Shown here: piece after piece, positions 1-9,628 of the stretch
How positions within the stretch are numbered: the first letter of the stretch is position 1
Layout: each line of letters starts with the position of its first letter
Assembly (NCBI GenBank): GCA_964353725.1
Contig: CAYGVX010000001.1
Span: 50,129-82,128, forward strand
Source: an uncultured Candidatus Bathyarchaeia archaeon
Lineage (GTDB): Archaea; Thermoproteota; Bathyarchaeia; Bathyarchaeales; SOJC01
Direction: 5' to 3'
DNA length: 32,000 bases
Position numbers and translations under genes: made by a program
The notes under the pieces: generated by a model
The model's database searches: none
Told to the model about the DNA's origin: nothing
What the model saw: only the letters and a program-made list of their open reading frames with translations

Positions 1-133
1 CTGCATTTCTCCTGAACACCAGACAACACGACCCCTCTTTGAAAAGCCGCGATGTTCACTCTTCGAATGAAGAAAAGAAAGCTTGCTCATCTGAGAGAGT
101 GAAAACTGCAAGAGCTAGAAAGGAGTTGTAGAA

Positions 134-994
134 TTGTCTGAAGGGGCTCTTCAGCAACTGGAAAAACTAAGCCAGAATCTCAAGTCCTTAGAAGAAGAGA
201 GGAGTTCCTTCACCAAAGAGGCTGAACAATGGGCAGGAAGAAGAGACCAAATCCACAAACAAATCAAGGACCTGAGACTGGAAGCTGCTTCGCTCAGAGA
301 ACGACGGGACACAATCAACGCAAAAGTACGGATGCTAAAAACGCGGAGAAATCAAACTAGGGCATCTCTCAAAGAGAAATCTGAGGAAGCCAAGCAACTG
401 AAGGGAAAGATCCAGCTACTGAATTCGAAGAAACCTAAACAGGCGGCCGATGCAATAAGAAAGGAAAAGGAAAAAATCGAGTGGGATATCCAGACAACCT
501 CACTGACACTGCAAGAAGAGAAACCCCTCGTAAGAAGAGCAGCTTCACTCGAGCTACAGCTAGGCATCTACAGACAAATGGAAGACACTAGGATGAAAAT
601 CGCCGAGCTAAGGAGAGAAACAGAAGAAATGCACGATGATGCAAGTCTTTCACACAGACAGCTCTCAGAACTTGCTCCGCAGAGCCAGGAATTACATGAG
701 AAGATGGTGGGAACCATGGAAAAGGCAAAGAAACTGCAGAATGAGGCAGACGACTACCATCGGAATTTCCTCCAAAGCAAGCAGAAAGCTCAGAATATCC
801 ATAGGGATTGTCTGCAAGTCGAGGAGAGAATCAGAGCCCTAAAGCAAGAGTTGGCGAAAAATAGAGAACAAGAGAGAATCTCAAGAGAAAATGAGGCGCG
901 AAGAAGGCTAAAGGCAGAAGTGCTGAAAAAGCTTGAAGAAGGCAAAAAGCTGACTTTTGAGGAATTCAAGCTCATATCAGAAGACGCAGCCTAG
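134..994 (+). CDS. Archaeal coiled-coil protein (COG1340-like)
   Basis: 286-aa ORF, highly charged Lys/Glu/Arg/Gln heptad-rich sequence throughout; TTG start with AAGGAGT-like site upstream (~119-125). Confidence 0.75.
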   Translation: MSEGALQQLEKLSQNLKSLEEERSSFTKEAEQWAGRRDQIHKQIKDLRLEAASLRERRDTINAKVRMLKTRRNQTRASLKEKSEEAKQLKGKIQLLNSKKPKQAADAIRKEKEKIEWDIQTTSLTLQEEKPLVRRAASLELQLGIYRQMEDTRMKIAELRRETEEMHDDASLSHRQLSELAPQSQELHEKMVGTMEKAKKLQNEADDYHRNFLQSKQKAQNIHRDCLQVEERIRALKQELAKNREQERISRENEARRRLKAEVLKKLEEGKKLTFEEFKLISEDAA

Positions 995-1076
995 ATATAC
1001 AACTGACCTAACACTTTTTCTAATAGAACATAAAGTTAAAGTTGCAGCAGATTGAAAAGAATAGTTGATGCTTTCG

Positions 1077-2264
1077 ATGGCAGCCAAGGAAAAAGAGGAA
1101 AGACTGCTAGTTCTATGCGTTGATAGAGATGGAGATATAGGTGCCAAGACGGAAGAGAAAACCCCGATTCTGGGGCGTGAGAAAAACCTCAGGGCAGCCG
1201 TTTCTCTAGCGCTCAACGATCCTGAGGAACCAGACGCTAACGCTATGTTCGAAGCCCTGAGAGTCCACGACCAACTCCAGAAACAAGGGCAAATTCACGA
1301 AAAAACAGAAGTCGCTACAATCTCAGGTTTGCAGATACTCGGCGTCGAAGCAGATAGAAAACTAGTCAGAGAGCTAAACACGGTTCTAGAGACTTTCCCA
1401 GCCAACAACGTGATCCTTGTGACAGATGGCTATGCAGACGAGGCGGTGTTACCCTTGGTAGAGTCAAGAGTGCCTGTCACCTCTGTCCGGAGAATTATCA
1501 TAAAACACAGTGAATCCATCGAGGAAACTGCGGCACTTTTCGGTAAATACATGAAAATGCTCGTCAATAACCCCCGTTACTCAAGAATTGCCTTGGGTGT
1601 TCCGGGGCTTATGCTGATAATCCTAGCCATAATGTATCTCGGGGGGTGGATCTACTATACATGGATCGCTCTCCTAATAGTTTTTGGAACAATCTTCTTC
1701 GTGAAGGGGTTTGGAGTCGACAGGGCAACCATGCGCCTCTTTCGATGGATCGGAGAATACGAACCTCCTCCACTTCCTTTTCAAATAGCAGGCTTTGCCC
1801 TAGCTGGAGGGGTCATCGCGTCATCTATCGGAGTATTTCTGGGTATAAACGGTGCAGCAGCCAAGTATTCTCAGAACCCCCCGACAACCCCCGAAGGATG
1901 GGCAGGACTGCTGCCAGTGCTCGTGGGCGGATTTATTGGGCAAAGCATATATCTGATAGTCATCGGCATCTGCGTAGCACTCTCAGGAAGGACAATTCGC
2001 TGGTACTTTGAGCGGGATATTCGCCTTCTTCGCACGATAGTCTTTATCGTCGTAATCGCGTGGTCTTCGCAGATATTTAGCCAAGTCTCGGCAATCCTCA
2101 TTAGCACTCCCCCAACGGGAATGGGAGCTACGCTAGTCTTCACGATATTTATAGGCATCTTGCTGGCTATTGCCACAACCCTAGTGACCTTTGTGATAAA
2201 CATAAAGTATGGCAGCTTCTTCAAGAGGAAACAGAAGAAGGTTGAGGAATTCGAACAAAACTAG
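1077..2264 (+). CDS. DUF373 family multi-pass membrane protein
   Basis: N-terminal soluble domain 'LLVLCVDRDGDIGAKTEEKTPILGREKNL...' typical of archaeal DUF373, followed by several hydrophobic segments. ORF track opens at TTG 1065; ATG at 1077 is an alternative start. Confidence 0.8.
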   Translation: MAAKEKEERLLVLCVDRDGDIGAKTEEKTPILGREKNLRAAVSLALNDPEEPDANAMFEALRVHDQLQKQGQIHEKTEVATISGLQILGVEADRKLVRELNTVLETFPANNVILVTDGYADEAVLPLVESRVPVTSVRRIIIKHSESIEETAALFGKYMKMLVNNPRYSRIALGVPGLMLIILAIMYLGGWIYYTWIALLIVFGTIFFVKGFGVDRATMRLFRWIGEYEPPPLPFQIAGFALAGGVIASSIGVFLGINGAAAKYSQNPPTTPEGWAGLLPVLVGGFIGQSIYLIVIGICVALSGRTIRWYFERDIRLLRTIVFIVVIAWSSQIFSQVSAILISTPPTGMGATLVFTIFIGILLAIATTLVTFVINIKYGSFFKRKQKKVEEFEQN

Positions 2265-2438
2265 CACGCCGTGGAACCACAGGAGCTCGGAACTATCACA
2301 GTATAGGTCAGAGCTGCAGAAGAGAAGATAGCCATCGCGGAGCAACCCTTAAATGGACGAGTACTTCCTTACGGAAGGCGCGCAATCACATTTGCCAGTA
2401 CGCATTAGGGGACGCATAACTCTGAGGTCTCAACAGTC

Positions 2439-3221
2439 ATGTTAAAAGGTCTACTCTCAACAATAGGTGTCTACAAAGCCTACGAGAAATGGTTATGGAA
2501 CCAAGTCAAAGACGGTTGCATGCCTGAACACATCGCTATAATCTTGGATGGAAATAGACGTTGGGCTTCAGAGCGATCGCTTGGCTTTTGGATGGGGCAC
2601 CAACACGGCGCTGAGCGGGTGACCCAACTGCTGGACTGGTGCTTGGACTTGGGCGTAAGGTGCATAACTTTGTACTCGTTCTCTATGGAGAATTTTATGC
2701 GGACGCCTCGCGAGGTTGAAGAAATCTTCAGCATAGCCGAAGGAAAGCTAAGGGAGATTTTGACGGACGAACGCATTCACAAGAACAAGGTGAGAGTGAA
2801 GGTAATTGGTCGAGTTGGGCTACTTCCCAAGAGGCTTCAAGAATCGATTAGCGAGGTGGAAGAAGCTACTCAGTCTTATGATAAACAGTTTTTGACCGTT
2901 GCTTTGGCTTATGGCGGACGCGCCGAGATCGTGGATGCCACTAAGAAGATTGCTGAAAAGGTGAAACAAGGTGAACTGCTCGTGGAGAAGATTGATGAAG
3001 AAATGTTCGAGAGGTTTCTTTACACCGCCTACATGGCTAAGCCCGACCCCGACCTTATCGTCAGAACTAGCGGGGAAGAAAGATTAAGTGGGTTTTTGTT
3101 GTGGCAAAGTGCATATAGCGAACTGTGTTTTCTGGACGTCTATTGGCCCGATTTTCGGCGAATAGACCTGTTACGTGCAGTGAGAACCTACCAACAGCGC
3201 AAGCGTAGATTTGGGAAGTGA
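2439..3221 (+). CDS. uppS: Cis-prenyltransferase / (tritrans,polycis)-undecaprenyl-diphosphate synthase-like
   Basis: Motifs 'HIAIILDGNRRWA', 'LYSFSMENFMRTPREVE', 'LTVALAYGGRAEIVDA', 'PDPDLIVRTSGEERLSGFLLWQSAYSELCFLDVYWPDF'. Confidence 0.93.
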   Translation: MLKGLLSTIGVYKAYEKWLWNQVKDGCMPEHIAIILDGNRRWASERSLGFWMGHQHGAERVTQLLDWCLDLGVRCITLYSFSMENFMRTPREVEEIFSIAEGKLREILTDERIHKNKVRVKVIGRVGLLPKRLQESISEVEEATQSYDKQFLTVALAYGGRAEIVDATKKIAEKVKQGELLVEKIDEEMFERFLYTAYMAKPDPDLIVRTSGEERLSGFLLWQSAYSELCFLDVYWPDFRRIDLLRAVRTYQQRKRRFGK

Positions 3222-3226
3222 GGGCT

Positions 3227-4588
3227 TCAAGATCTCGCCTTTCTCTCTTGGTGTGTTTTCTCTATCATCAACTGCACCTGTTCAACGGCGGTGCCCAAAT
3301 ACCCTTCTGGATCAAGAGCGTACCCAACCTCCTTGGCGTTCATATATTTCCGTATCGCTCTGTTTTTGACTAGAATCTCCTTGAAGTGGCGCCTCTTCAA
3401 CTCACTTTCAATCGTCAGCTTTCTCAGGAGTTCGTGGGCTTCTTGACGGTTCATTCCTTTCTCGACAAGCGCAGTCATAACTGCTTCGGACATTATACGA
3501 CCCTGTGTGACTTTCAGGTTTTGTCGCATTTGTTCTTCATCAACTCGCAGGTTAGTTAGGACTCTGGTCATTAGGAATATGATATAGTCAACAAGTATGC
3601 ACGCTTCTGGGATTATGAAGCGTTCTGCTGAAGATTGCGTCAGATCTCGTTCATGCCAAGTTACCATGTTTTCAAGGGCAGGCGCTACAAGGCTCCTTAG
3701 TATTCTTGATAATCCGCAGACTCTTTCGCAGATCTCTGGGTTGCGTTTCTGCGCCATGGCAGAGCTGCCAACTTGTTTTTCATATTCAAAGGCTTCAGAC
3801 AGCTCTGCGATTTCTGGCCGCTGCAATTCTCTGATTTCCGTGGCGATGTTTTCTAATGAAGAAGCAATTAAGGCGGCAAGGCAGATGAATTCTGCGTGTC
3901 GGTCACGTTGCACGATTTGTGTGGATATGTCGGCATGTCTCAAGCCCAGTTTTCTCACTACAAGCTCTTGGATCTCAGCTGCGTGAGAACCTAGACCTGC
4001 CTGGGTTCCAACCGCGCCCGTCATCTTTCCAACTAGCAGCCTCTCGCTACACTGTCTTAATCGCTGAAGGGTTCTTGCGTTTTCACGCATCCACACTGCA
4101 TATTTGAAGCCCAAAGTTATCGGCAAAGCATGCTGCCCATGGGTTCTGCCCGCCATAATCGTTCTCTTATACTTGTTTGCCTTTTCCATCAAGACTTGCT
4201 CCAGACTGCGCAGCTTCAGCTCTATGAGGTTCAAGGCGTCCTTTAGAAGAAGAGCGTTTGCAGTGTCAACAATATCATAGCTAGTGACCCCTAGGTGAAC
4301 GTAAGCCCCGCTCTCACCACTCTGCTCGGCCAGAGCTCTGACGACTGAAACTACATCATGTTTTGTCTCACGCTCGATCGCCTTGACACGTTCGAGCCTA
4401 ACGTACCTCGTTGAAGCTTTCTTCATGATCGTCTTGGCGTCCTTTGTGGATATGTTTCCAACTTCTGCATGCGCCCACGCAAGAGCTGCCTCAACATCCA
4501 GCATTCGTTGTAGCCTGCTTTCTTCTTCAAAAATCTGCCTCATTTCCTTGGTTCCGTGTCGACCTGTGTCTATAGGAAGAATCGGCAT
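3227..4588 (-). CDS. purB: Adenylosuccinate lyase
   Basis: Fumarase/aspartase superfamily signature 'GSSAMAQKRNPEICERV', plus 'THGQHALPITLGFKYAVW' and 'HLGVTSYDIVDTANAL'. Confidence 0.92.
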   Translation of the reverse strand: MPILPIDTGRHGTKEMRQIFEEESRLQRMLDVEAALAWAHAEVGNISTKDAKTIMKKASTRYVRLERVKAIERETKHDVVSVVRALAEQSGESGAYVHLGVTSYDIVDTANALLLKDALNLIELKLRSLEQVLMEKANKYKRTIMAGRTHGQHALPITLGFKYAVWMRENARTLQRLRQCSERLLVGKMTGAVGTQAGLGSHAAEIQELVVRKLGLRHADISTQIVQRDRHAEFICLAALIASSLENIATEIRELQRPEIAELSEAFEYEKQVGSSAMAQKRNPEICERVCGLSRILRSLVAPALENMVTWHERDLTQSSAERFIIPEACILVDYIIFLMTRVLTNLRVDEEQMRQNLKVTQGRIMSEAVMTALVEKGMNRQEAHELLRKLTIESELKRRHFKEILVKNRAIRKYMNAKEVGYALDPEGYLGTAVEQVQLMIEKTHQERKARS

Positions 4589-4678
4589 TCACCTACCCCG
4601 AAGCATGTTAACACTTTGCTGCTTTAAAGATTAGGCTTTTACTTCGCCATCACCATAACTGCAGTAGTGAGAAAGGCT

Positions 4679-6136
4679 ATGGGTGCACTTATAGCAGTTG
4701 TTGGCAAAGCACATGAAAACACTTTCGCCGCAGCAACAGCAATGCTCAATGCGTTGAATCACAGAGGTTCCGACTCTTTCGGAATAGCTTCTTCCGGTGA
4801 AATCATTATGAAGAAAACCTTGAAAGAGCTGCGGAGCGAATGTATCAGCTCCACTGCTTTGATAGGGCACAATTACGTCAAGCTCCTGCCAAGAGACAAA
4901 GCTCAGCCCGTTCAAAATGGGAGCTCCACCTTCGTTTTTGAAGGTAGGCTATTCCCTGCACTTGCAGAGAGCGAGGCTTGTTTTGCAGCTAGAAGAGTTT
5001 CAACCGAAAGTGGAGCAATCCGTTTTATTCGAGAATTTGATGGTAGTTACGTTTTTGCCGCAAACGTACATGAGGGAATTATCGTGGGGCGCGACGTGGT
5101 TGGAGCATGCCCTCTGTACTTCGGCGAAAATGAGAAAGTATGCGCTGTGGCTTCAGAACGTAAAGCCCTTTGGAGAATAGGGATAACTGAGGCTTCCCCC
5201 TTTCCACCGGGAAAGCTGGCTTTTGTTGACGAGAAAGGGTTCCATCTAAAAACTGCTAAGATCATAAAGCAACCCCCTACGCAACAGGTGAACCTGCAAA
5301 ACGCTGGCAAACAGCTCGCCAATGTTCTGGCTCGATCAACAAAGGATCGCGTCTCCGATGTTGAGGAAGTCGCCGTGGCCTTTTCTGGAGGCGTTGACAG
5401 CTGCGTAATAGCCTCCCTAGCCAAGGTATGCGGCGTCGAAACCCACCTTATCTATGTAGCCTTGGAAGAGGCACGTGAAACTGATTTCGTGAAACATGCT
5501 GCAGATGATTTAGGATTGCCCCTACACGTTGCTGAATACACTATCGTTGAAGTCGAAGAATCGCTCCCGATTGTCCTGTGGCTTATCGAGGAGCCCAACC
5601 CCGTAAATGCGAGCATTGCGATACCCTTGTTCTGGGTAGCTGAACAGGCAGCTGCACTCGGTCTACATGTTTTGATGACCGGGCAAGGTGGGGATGAACT
5701 CTTTGGAGGTTATGCACGTTACCTTGGAGACTATGAAGCACATGGCCTAGCGGGCTTGCAGGAACGTCTCTACAAAGACGTCGTGTCGTCACATGCAGTG
5801 AACTTCCAGAGAGATGATAAGGTTTGCACATTCCACAAAGTTGAGCTCAGGATGCCCTTCAATGGTTTGAAGGTTATTGAACTCGCCCTAAGTTTCCCTG
5901 TAAGACTGAAGGTTGCGTCACCTAGAGATGAGTTGCGGAAGAGAGTTCTCAGGCAAACAGCGAAATACCTGGCGATTCCCGAATTTGTATCAGAGAAGCC
6001 AAAGAAAGCCATTCAATACACGACAGGCGTGAACCAAGCTTTGAAAAAGCTCGCTGTAAAAGAAGGCTTAACTGTGCGGAGATATGTAGAGAAGGTCTTC
6101 AAAAAAGTTTGTTGCGAGTTGAAAGAAGATGGCTAA
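4679..6136 (+). CDS. Asparagine synthase-related protein with degenerate N-terminal glutaminase domain
   Basis: C-terminal PP-loop 'VAFSGGVDSCVIASL' and 'MTGQGGDELFGGYARYLGD'; N-terminus 'MGALIAVVGK...LNHRGSDSFGIAS' matches class II glutaminase but lacks Cys2. Track opens at GTG 4667; ATG 4679 fits the family alignment better. Confidence 0.87.
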   Translation: MGALIAVVGKAHENTFAAATAMLNALNHRGSDSFGIASSGEIIMKKTLKELRSECISSTALIGHNYVKLLPRDKAQPVQNGSSTFVFEGRLFPALAESEACFAARRVSTESGAIRFIREFDGSYVFAANVHEGIIVGRDVVGACPLYFGENEKVCAVASERKALWRIGITEASPFPPGKLAFVDEKGFHLKTAKIIKQPPTQQVNLQNAGKQLANVLARSTKDRVSDVEEVAVAFSGGVDSCVIASLAKVCGVETHLIYVALEEARETDFVKHAADDLGLPLHVAEYTIVEVEESLPIVLWLIEEPNPVNASIAIPLFWVAEQAAALGLHVLMTGQGGDELFGGYARYLGDYEAHGLAGLQERLYKDVVSSHAVNFQRDDKVCTFHKVELRMPFNGLKVIELALSFPVRLKVASPRDELRKRVLRQTAKYLAIPEFVSEKPKKAIQYTTGVNQALKKLAVKEGLTVRRYVEKVFKKVCCELKEDG

Positions 6137-7196
6137 GACGGCTATAGTTTTTACTCCCAAATTCTACGCTCACCACACTGGGGCAGATCACCCAGAAAGG
6201 CCTCGACGACTAGAAGTGATAATGAAAGAACTAAAGCGGTCAAAAATGCTCTCTTCGACAAAGTGTAGGCTAGTCAGCCCACATCTGGCAAGTTTGGAGG
6301 ATCTGGAGCTTGTTCACACACGAGAGCACATTGAACTGGTTAAGCGTGTCTGTGAACAGGGTGGAGGCTTACTGGATCTTGGCGACACGGTGGTTTCTCC
6401 AGAAAGCTATAGAGTGTCACGGTATGCTGTGGGAGCCGTCTTGAATGCCGCAAATCTGGTTTCTTGCAGAAAGTTTAGTAATGCATTCGCTTTGGTCCGT
6501 CCTCCAGGGCATCACGCAGGATCGTACTATGCTGCTGGGTTCTGCCTTTTCAACAACGTGGCTATTGCAGCATCACATCTTCTTACGCGATGTGGTTTTG
6601 AGCGAGTGCTAATAATCGATATTGATGCGCACCATGGGAATGGAACACAAGAAATCTTCTACAAAACCAAAAAGGTTCTTTTTGTAAGTCTGCATGAAGA
6701 CCCTTTTGACTTTCCTGGAAGTGGTTTCATTGAAGAGGTAGGAGAAGGTGAAGGATTAGGATATAACGTTAACATCCCCTTTCCTTTTAGGGTGGGGAAA
6801 GAGGCGTATCTGAAGGCAATAGGAGAAATCGTAGTTCCCATTGTGCGGCAGTATGAGCCTCAGTTCATTCTGGTTTCAGCTGGATATGACGGTTATTATC
6901 GCGATCCCGTAGCGAAGCTTAGCCTGTCTGCGGCAGCTTATGCTTCGGTTTTTGAGAAGACCCTTGATTTGGCGTCAGCTCTGTGTGAAGGCAGGCTTGT
7001 CGCAGTTCTAGAGGGAGGATACAACCTAAAGCATCTTGGAGAACTGGTGGCATTGACAATCTCGAGAATGGCTGGGCTTTCATATCCAATGGGAAATGAT
7101 GAACCACCATCAAGACCGAGGATTGAGAAACAGGCAGAGAAGATCATAAATGAGGTAAAAAGGGTTCAAGCGGCTTTTTGGGATCTGGCTCTTTAG
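6129..7196 (+). CDS. Histone deacetylase family protein (HDAC/AcuC/acetylpolyamine amidohydrolase superfamily)
   Basis: 'HTGADHPERPRRLEVI', 'ALVRPPGHHAG', 'IIDIDAHHGNGTQEIFY', 'VSAGYDGYYRDPVAKLSL', 'LEGGYNL'; metal and active-site positions look intact. Confidence 0.93.
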   Translation: MAKTAIVFTPKFYAHHTGADHPERPRRLEVIMKELKRSKMLSSTKCRLVSPHLASLEDLELVHTREHIELVKRVCEQGGGLLDLGDTVVSPESYRVSRYAVGAVLNAANLVSCRKFSNAFALVRPPGHHAGSYYAAGFCLFNNVAIAASHLLTRCGFERVLIIDIDAHHGNGTQEIFYKTKKVLFVSLHEDPFDFPGSGFIEEVGEGEGLGYNVNIPFPFRVGKEAYLKAIGEIVVPIVRQYEPQFILVSAGYDGYYRDPVAKLSLSAAAYASVFEKTLDLASALCEGRLVAVLEGGYNLKHLGELVALTISRMAGLSYPMGNDEPPSRPRIEKQAEKIINEVKRVQAAFWDLAL

Positions 7197-7198
7197 GA

Positions 7199-7387
7199 TC
7201 ACTCAGTTACTTGTATTGCAGCGTTTGGGCATTGCGCTTCGCAGGCTTTGCAGGCCAAGCATTCTTCTTTTTTCACTGGAATCGATTTGCTGTCTTTTAT
7301 CTCGTATACTCCCACGGGGCATGTGTCAACGCATGTGTTGCATCCGTTGCATTTCTCCAAATCGATCTTTATCTCTGGCATTGTCAT
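7199..7387 (-). CDS. 2x[4Fe-4S] ferredoxin
   Basis: Two CxxCxxCxxxCP motifs: 'CNGCNTCVDTCP' and 'CLACKACEAQCP'. Confidence 0.9.
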   Translation of the reverse strand: MTMPEIKIDLEKCNGCNTCVDTCPVGVYEIKDSKSIPVKKEECLACKACEAQCPNAAIQVTE

Positions 7388-7451
7388 TTGGCTCAGCTTG
7401 AAGCTGAATGAGAAGGGGTTTGTGGATAAAAACGTTTAGGATGCGGCATCC

Positions 7452-9212
7452 TCATTCTCTGAGTCTCAAGAGTACTCCATCGATTGCTGTTTTTGCTTTC
7501 TCCCTTCTTTTCAAGTCTTCTTCTAGAAGTTGGCGGTAGGTTAGAGCGGATATTTCCCCACTCTTGAACCTGACTTCAATTCGTTTGATGTCTGCTTCGA
7601 TGTTGTCAAGCTCTGTTTCAGACACTTCGAGTTGCCGCATTATGTCAGCGTATTTTGCTCCCCCGCTTACAATTTTCTGGCGCAAGTCACCTAGTCTTTT
7701 GGAATTCGATGCGAGTTGGCTCTCCAGAGTAGTCTTTCTGACCTTGTATTCTCGCCTAGAAATCTTGCCTTTCACTGCTTTTCTCTTGACTTCTCCCAAT
7801 TCTGACAGGATTTTCTTCTTCTCTTCATATGTCTCTACAAAGTCGTTCAATGTTTTGCGTGGCACCAAGATGATTGAGACGGCGCTTATCGGCGCTTTTG
7901 GTCTTTGCAGTACAAAAGCTATTATGGAACCGATTATCGCGATTGTAGTCGCCCAGAGTGTAGGTCGGAAAGCTTCCCAGAAAATCGTGTGGCTGTAAGT
8001 AAAACTCCATTGTTCGTTTTGCAGCCATGTCACGTTTGATGCGGTCAATGAGAGTCTCTCTTGGAAAACGTCTCTTTGGATTTCAAACTCTTGAGAGGGG
8101 AAGGATTGGATTGCTGCCCCCTCGGGGAAGGTTATTCTTAAGGTGAAGGTCTCAGGCATAACTCTTAGGTCTTCAGAAAGGCTGAGGTTCAAGCTAAAGC
8201 TCTGTCCACCTGTTGACGCCAGATGGTTTTCCTTGCGCAGAATGTATGTAACCTTGAAGCTTCTCGACTGCCCCGTAACCAAGTTGAGCGAGACCTCGTA
8301 AATTTGGGTCTCGTTCTGAAGGGGAGTTGCCGTAAGCACTTTCCCTATTTCGTCTAAAGCAGCAACATTTTCTGCGTCTCCTGCGAGTTGCAGTCTGATC
8401 TTGCTGAGCGTGAAGGTGGTTCGGCTCTCCAGCAAGAAGATGTCGGAAAGGGAGATACGGCCCTCTGTGTCGATCGACACTTCTCGTGTCAGCTTCTTTG
8501 TTGAAAAACAAGCAAAAGCATTCTTGTCACTCGAGCCAAAGCTCACCTCCGTTGAATTTCTTGTATAGGCTGGAAGGTTGTTTTTTGTGTAGTTTAGGTA
8601 GTATTGGTTTTGCTTTTGTGTGACGTTGAATGGAAGTTCGCTGGTTTCACGGTTTGTGTTCTCAGGTAAGATAACGGTGACGTTACACGTTGAGGCGTTT
8701 TGGGCGAGGCTTGGAAAAGCAGGGAAATCTGCTGTGAAAGTGTAGCGCGCGGTTCCGTTCGTGGTCTTTGTCGAGGAATCGATTGTGCCTGATAGCACAA
8801 ACATAACCGTAAACGTGTAGGAATGCCCATTGTAAAGCAGGTCACGCGCTTCTTCAGGAAAGCTCACGGTTACACCATAGTACCCTTCAACATCCAAACC
8901 AGTATCCAGAATGATGTTCAATGGTTTACCTATGTTTTCAGATTCGTAGGCCATTGAGTAACGCAGGTTATCCTTGTATTCTAGCGAGAATCCTATGGAG
9001 AATTCTTCTATCGTGGTGTTTCCGGATGTTGGGGTTATCCTAATCGTGTCGTTGATAAGTATGAGTCCCCCATAAAGAGGTGCGACTGCGTGGTCTACTC
9101 TGTCGACGCGAACCTGTGAAGGCGATGCCGCATAAGTGTTGCATGGGGCGAATAGGGCAATTGAGGTGATTACAAAAACCGATATTGTTAGGAATAGCGA
9201 TGCTTTTTTCAA
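7452..9212 (-). CDS. Secreted/membrane-anchored protein: signal peptide, beta-rich ectodomain, one TM segment, C-terminal cytoplasmic coiled coil
   Basis: 'MKKASLFLTISVFVITSIALFAPCNTYAAS' signal-like N-terminus, Thr/Asn-rich ectodomain, 'TLWATTIAIIGSIIAFVLQ' TM, then charged heptad-like region to the stop; TTG start. Confidence 0.75.
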   Translation of the reverse strand: MKKASLFLTISVFVITSIALFAPCNTYAASPSQVRVDRVDHAVAPLYGGLILINDTIRITPTSGNTTIEEFSIGFSLEYKDNLRYSMAYESENIGKPLNIILDTGLDVEGYYGVTVSFPEEARDLLYNGHSYTFTVMFVLSGTIDSSTKTTNGTARYTFTADFPAFPSLAQNASTCNVTVILPENTNRETSELPFNVTQKQNQYYLNYTKNNLPAYTRNSTEVSFGSSDKNAFACFSTKKLTREVSIDTEGRISLSDIFLLESRTTFTLSKIRLQLAGDAENVAALDEIGKVLTATPLQNETQIYEVSLNLVTGQSRSFKVTYILRKENHLASTGGQSFSLNLSLSEDLRVMPETFTLRITFPEGAAIQSFPSQEFEIQRDVFQERLSLTASNVTWLQNEQWSFTYSHTIFWEAFRPTLWATTIAIIGSIIAFVLQRPKAPISAVSIILVPRKTLNDFVETYEEKKKILSELGEVKRKAVKGKISRREYKVRKTTLESQLASNSKRLGDLRQKIVSGGAKYADIMRQLEVSETELDNIEADIKRIEVRFKSGEISALTYRQLLEEDLKRREKAKTAIDGVLLRLRE

Positions 9213-9356
9213 GGTGGGTGCCTCTCGAATAGTCTTCCGTATGTATTGCAGATTATCCTTATTTACTTTCCTTTAAACAAGGGAATTCTCGAGCAAATTG
9301 GGTGCCACCTTCGTCTTCTGGATAGCTTTTCGTTGGCACCGAAGTCGCAGTGTTTG

Positions 9357-9434
9357 CTACCAGCTTTTGCTGTAGTTGCCTGCTACTATTACCAAGTCGA
9401 AGATGTCAATGCCCCCATCTCCGTCGATACTGCA
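9357..9434 (-). pseudogene. Remnant of a dockerin/EF-hand-like C-terminus of a secreted protein
   Basis: Minus-strand frame reads 'CSIDGDGGIDIFDLVIVAGNYSKSW*' (stop TAG at 9359-9357), resembling the '(D)INGDGxVDIFDLVxVAxxYGxSW' calcium-binding repeat. No long upstream coding frame and absent from the ORF track. Confidence 0.6.
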
Positions 9435-9628
9435 AGTGATGTGCATTTTCCGCTGGCGGCGGCTTCGTATATGGGGACCTGTGTGCGGTCAAATCCTGCG
9501 CCTAGGTTGAGCATGTGCCATTCATCTCGTTTTTTGAAGGGATTGGTCGCCAACCTTACCGACATATTGTTGGATCTTGGAGAGAAGAATCGTTTTTGAC
9601 ACTGTTTTTGTTTAATTGTTTTAGAAGG

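Noticed and set aside
3597-4634. Plus-strand ORFs 3597..3986, 3919..4107 and 4383..4634
   Set aside because: Antisense to the clearly homologous purB gene; compositionally implausible translations.
6129-7196. HDAC gene as evidence of histone-based chromatin regulation
   Set aside because: Superfamily includes acetoin-utilisation and polyamine amidohydrolases; no histone gene in the window, so substrate cannot be assigned.
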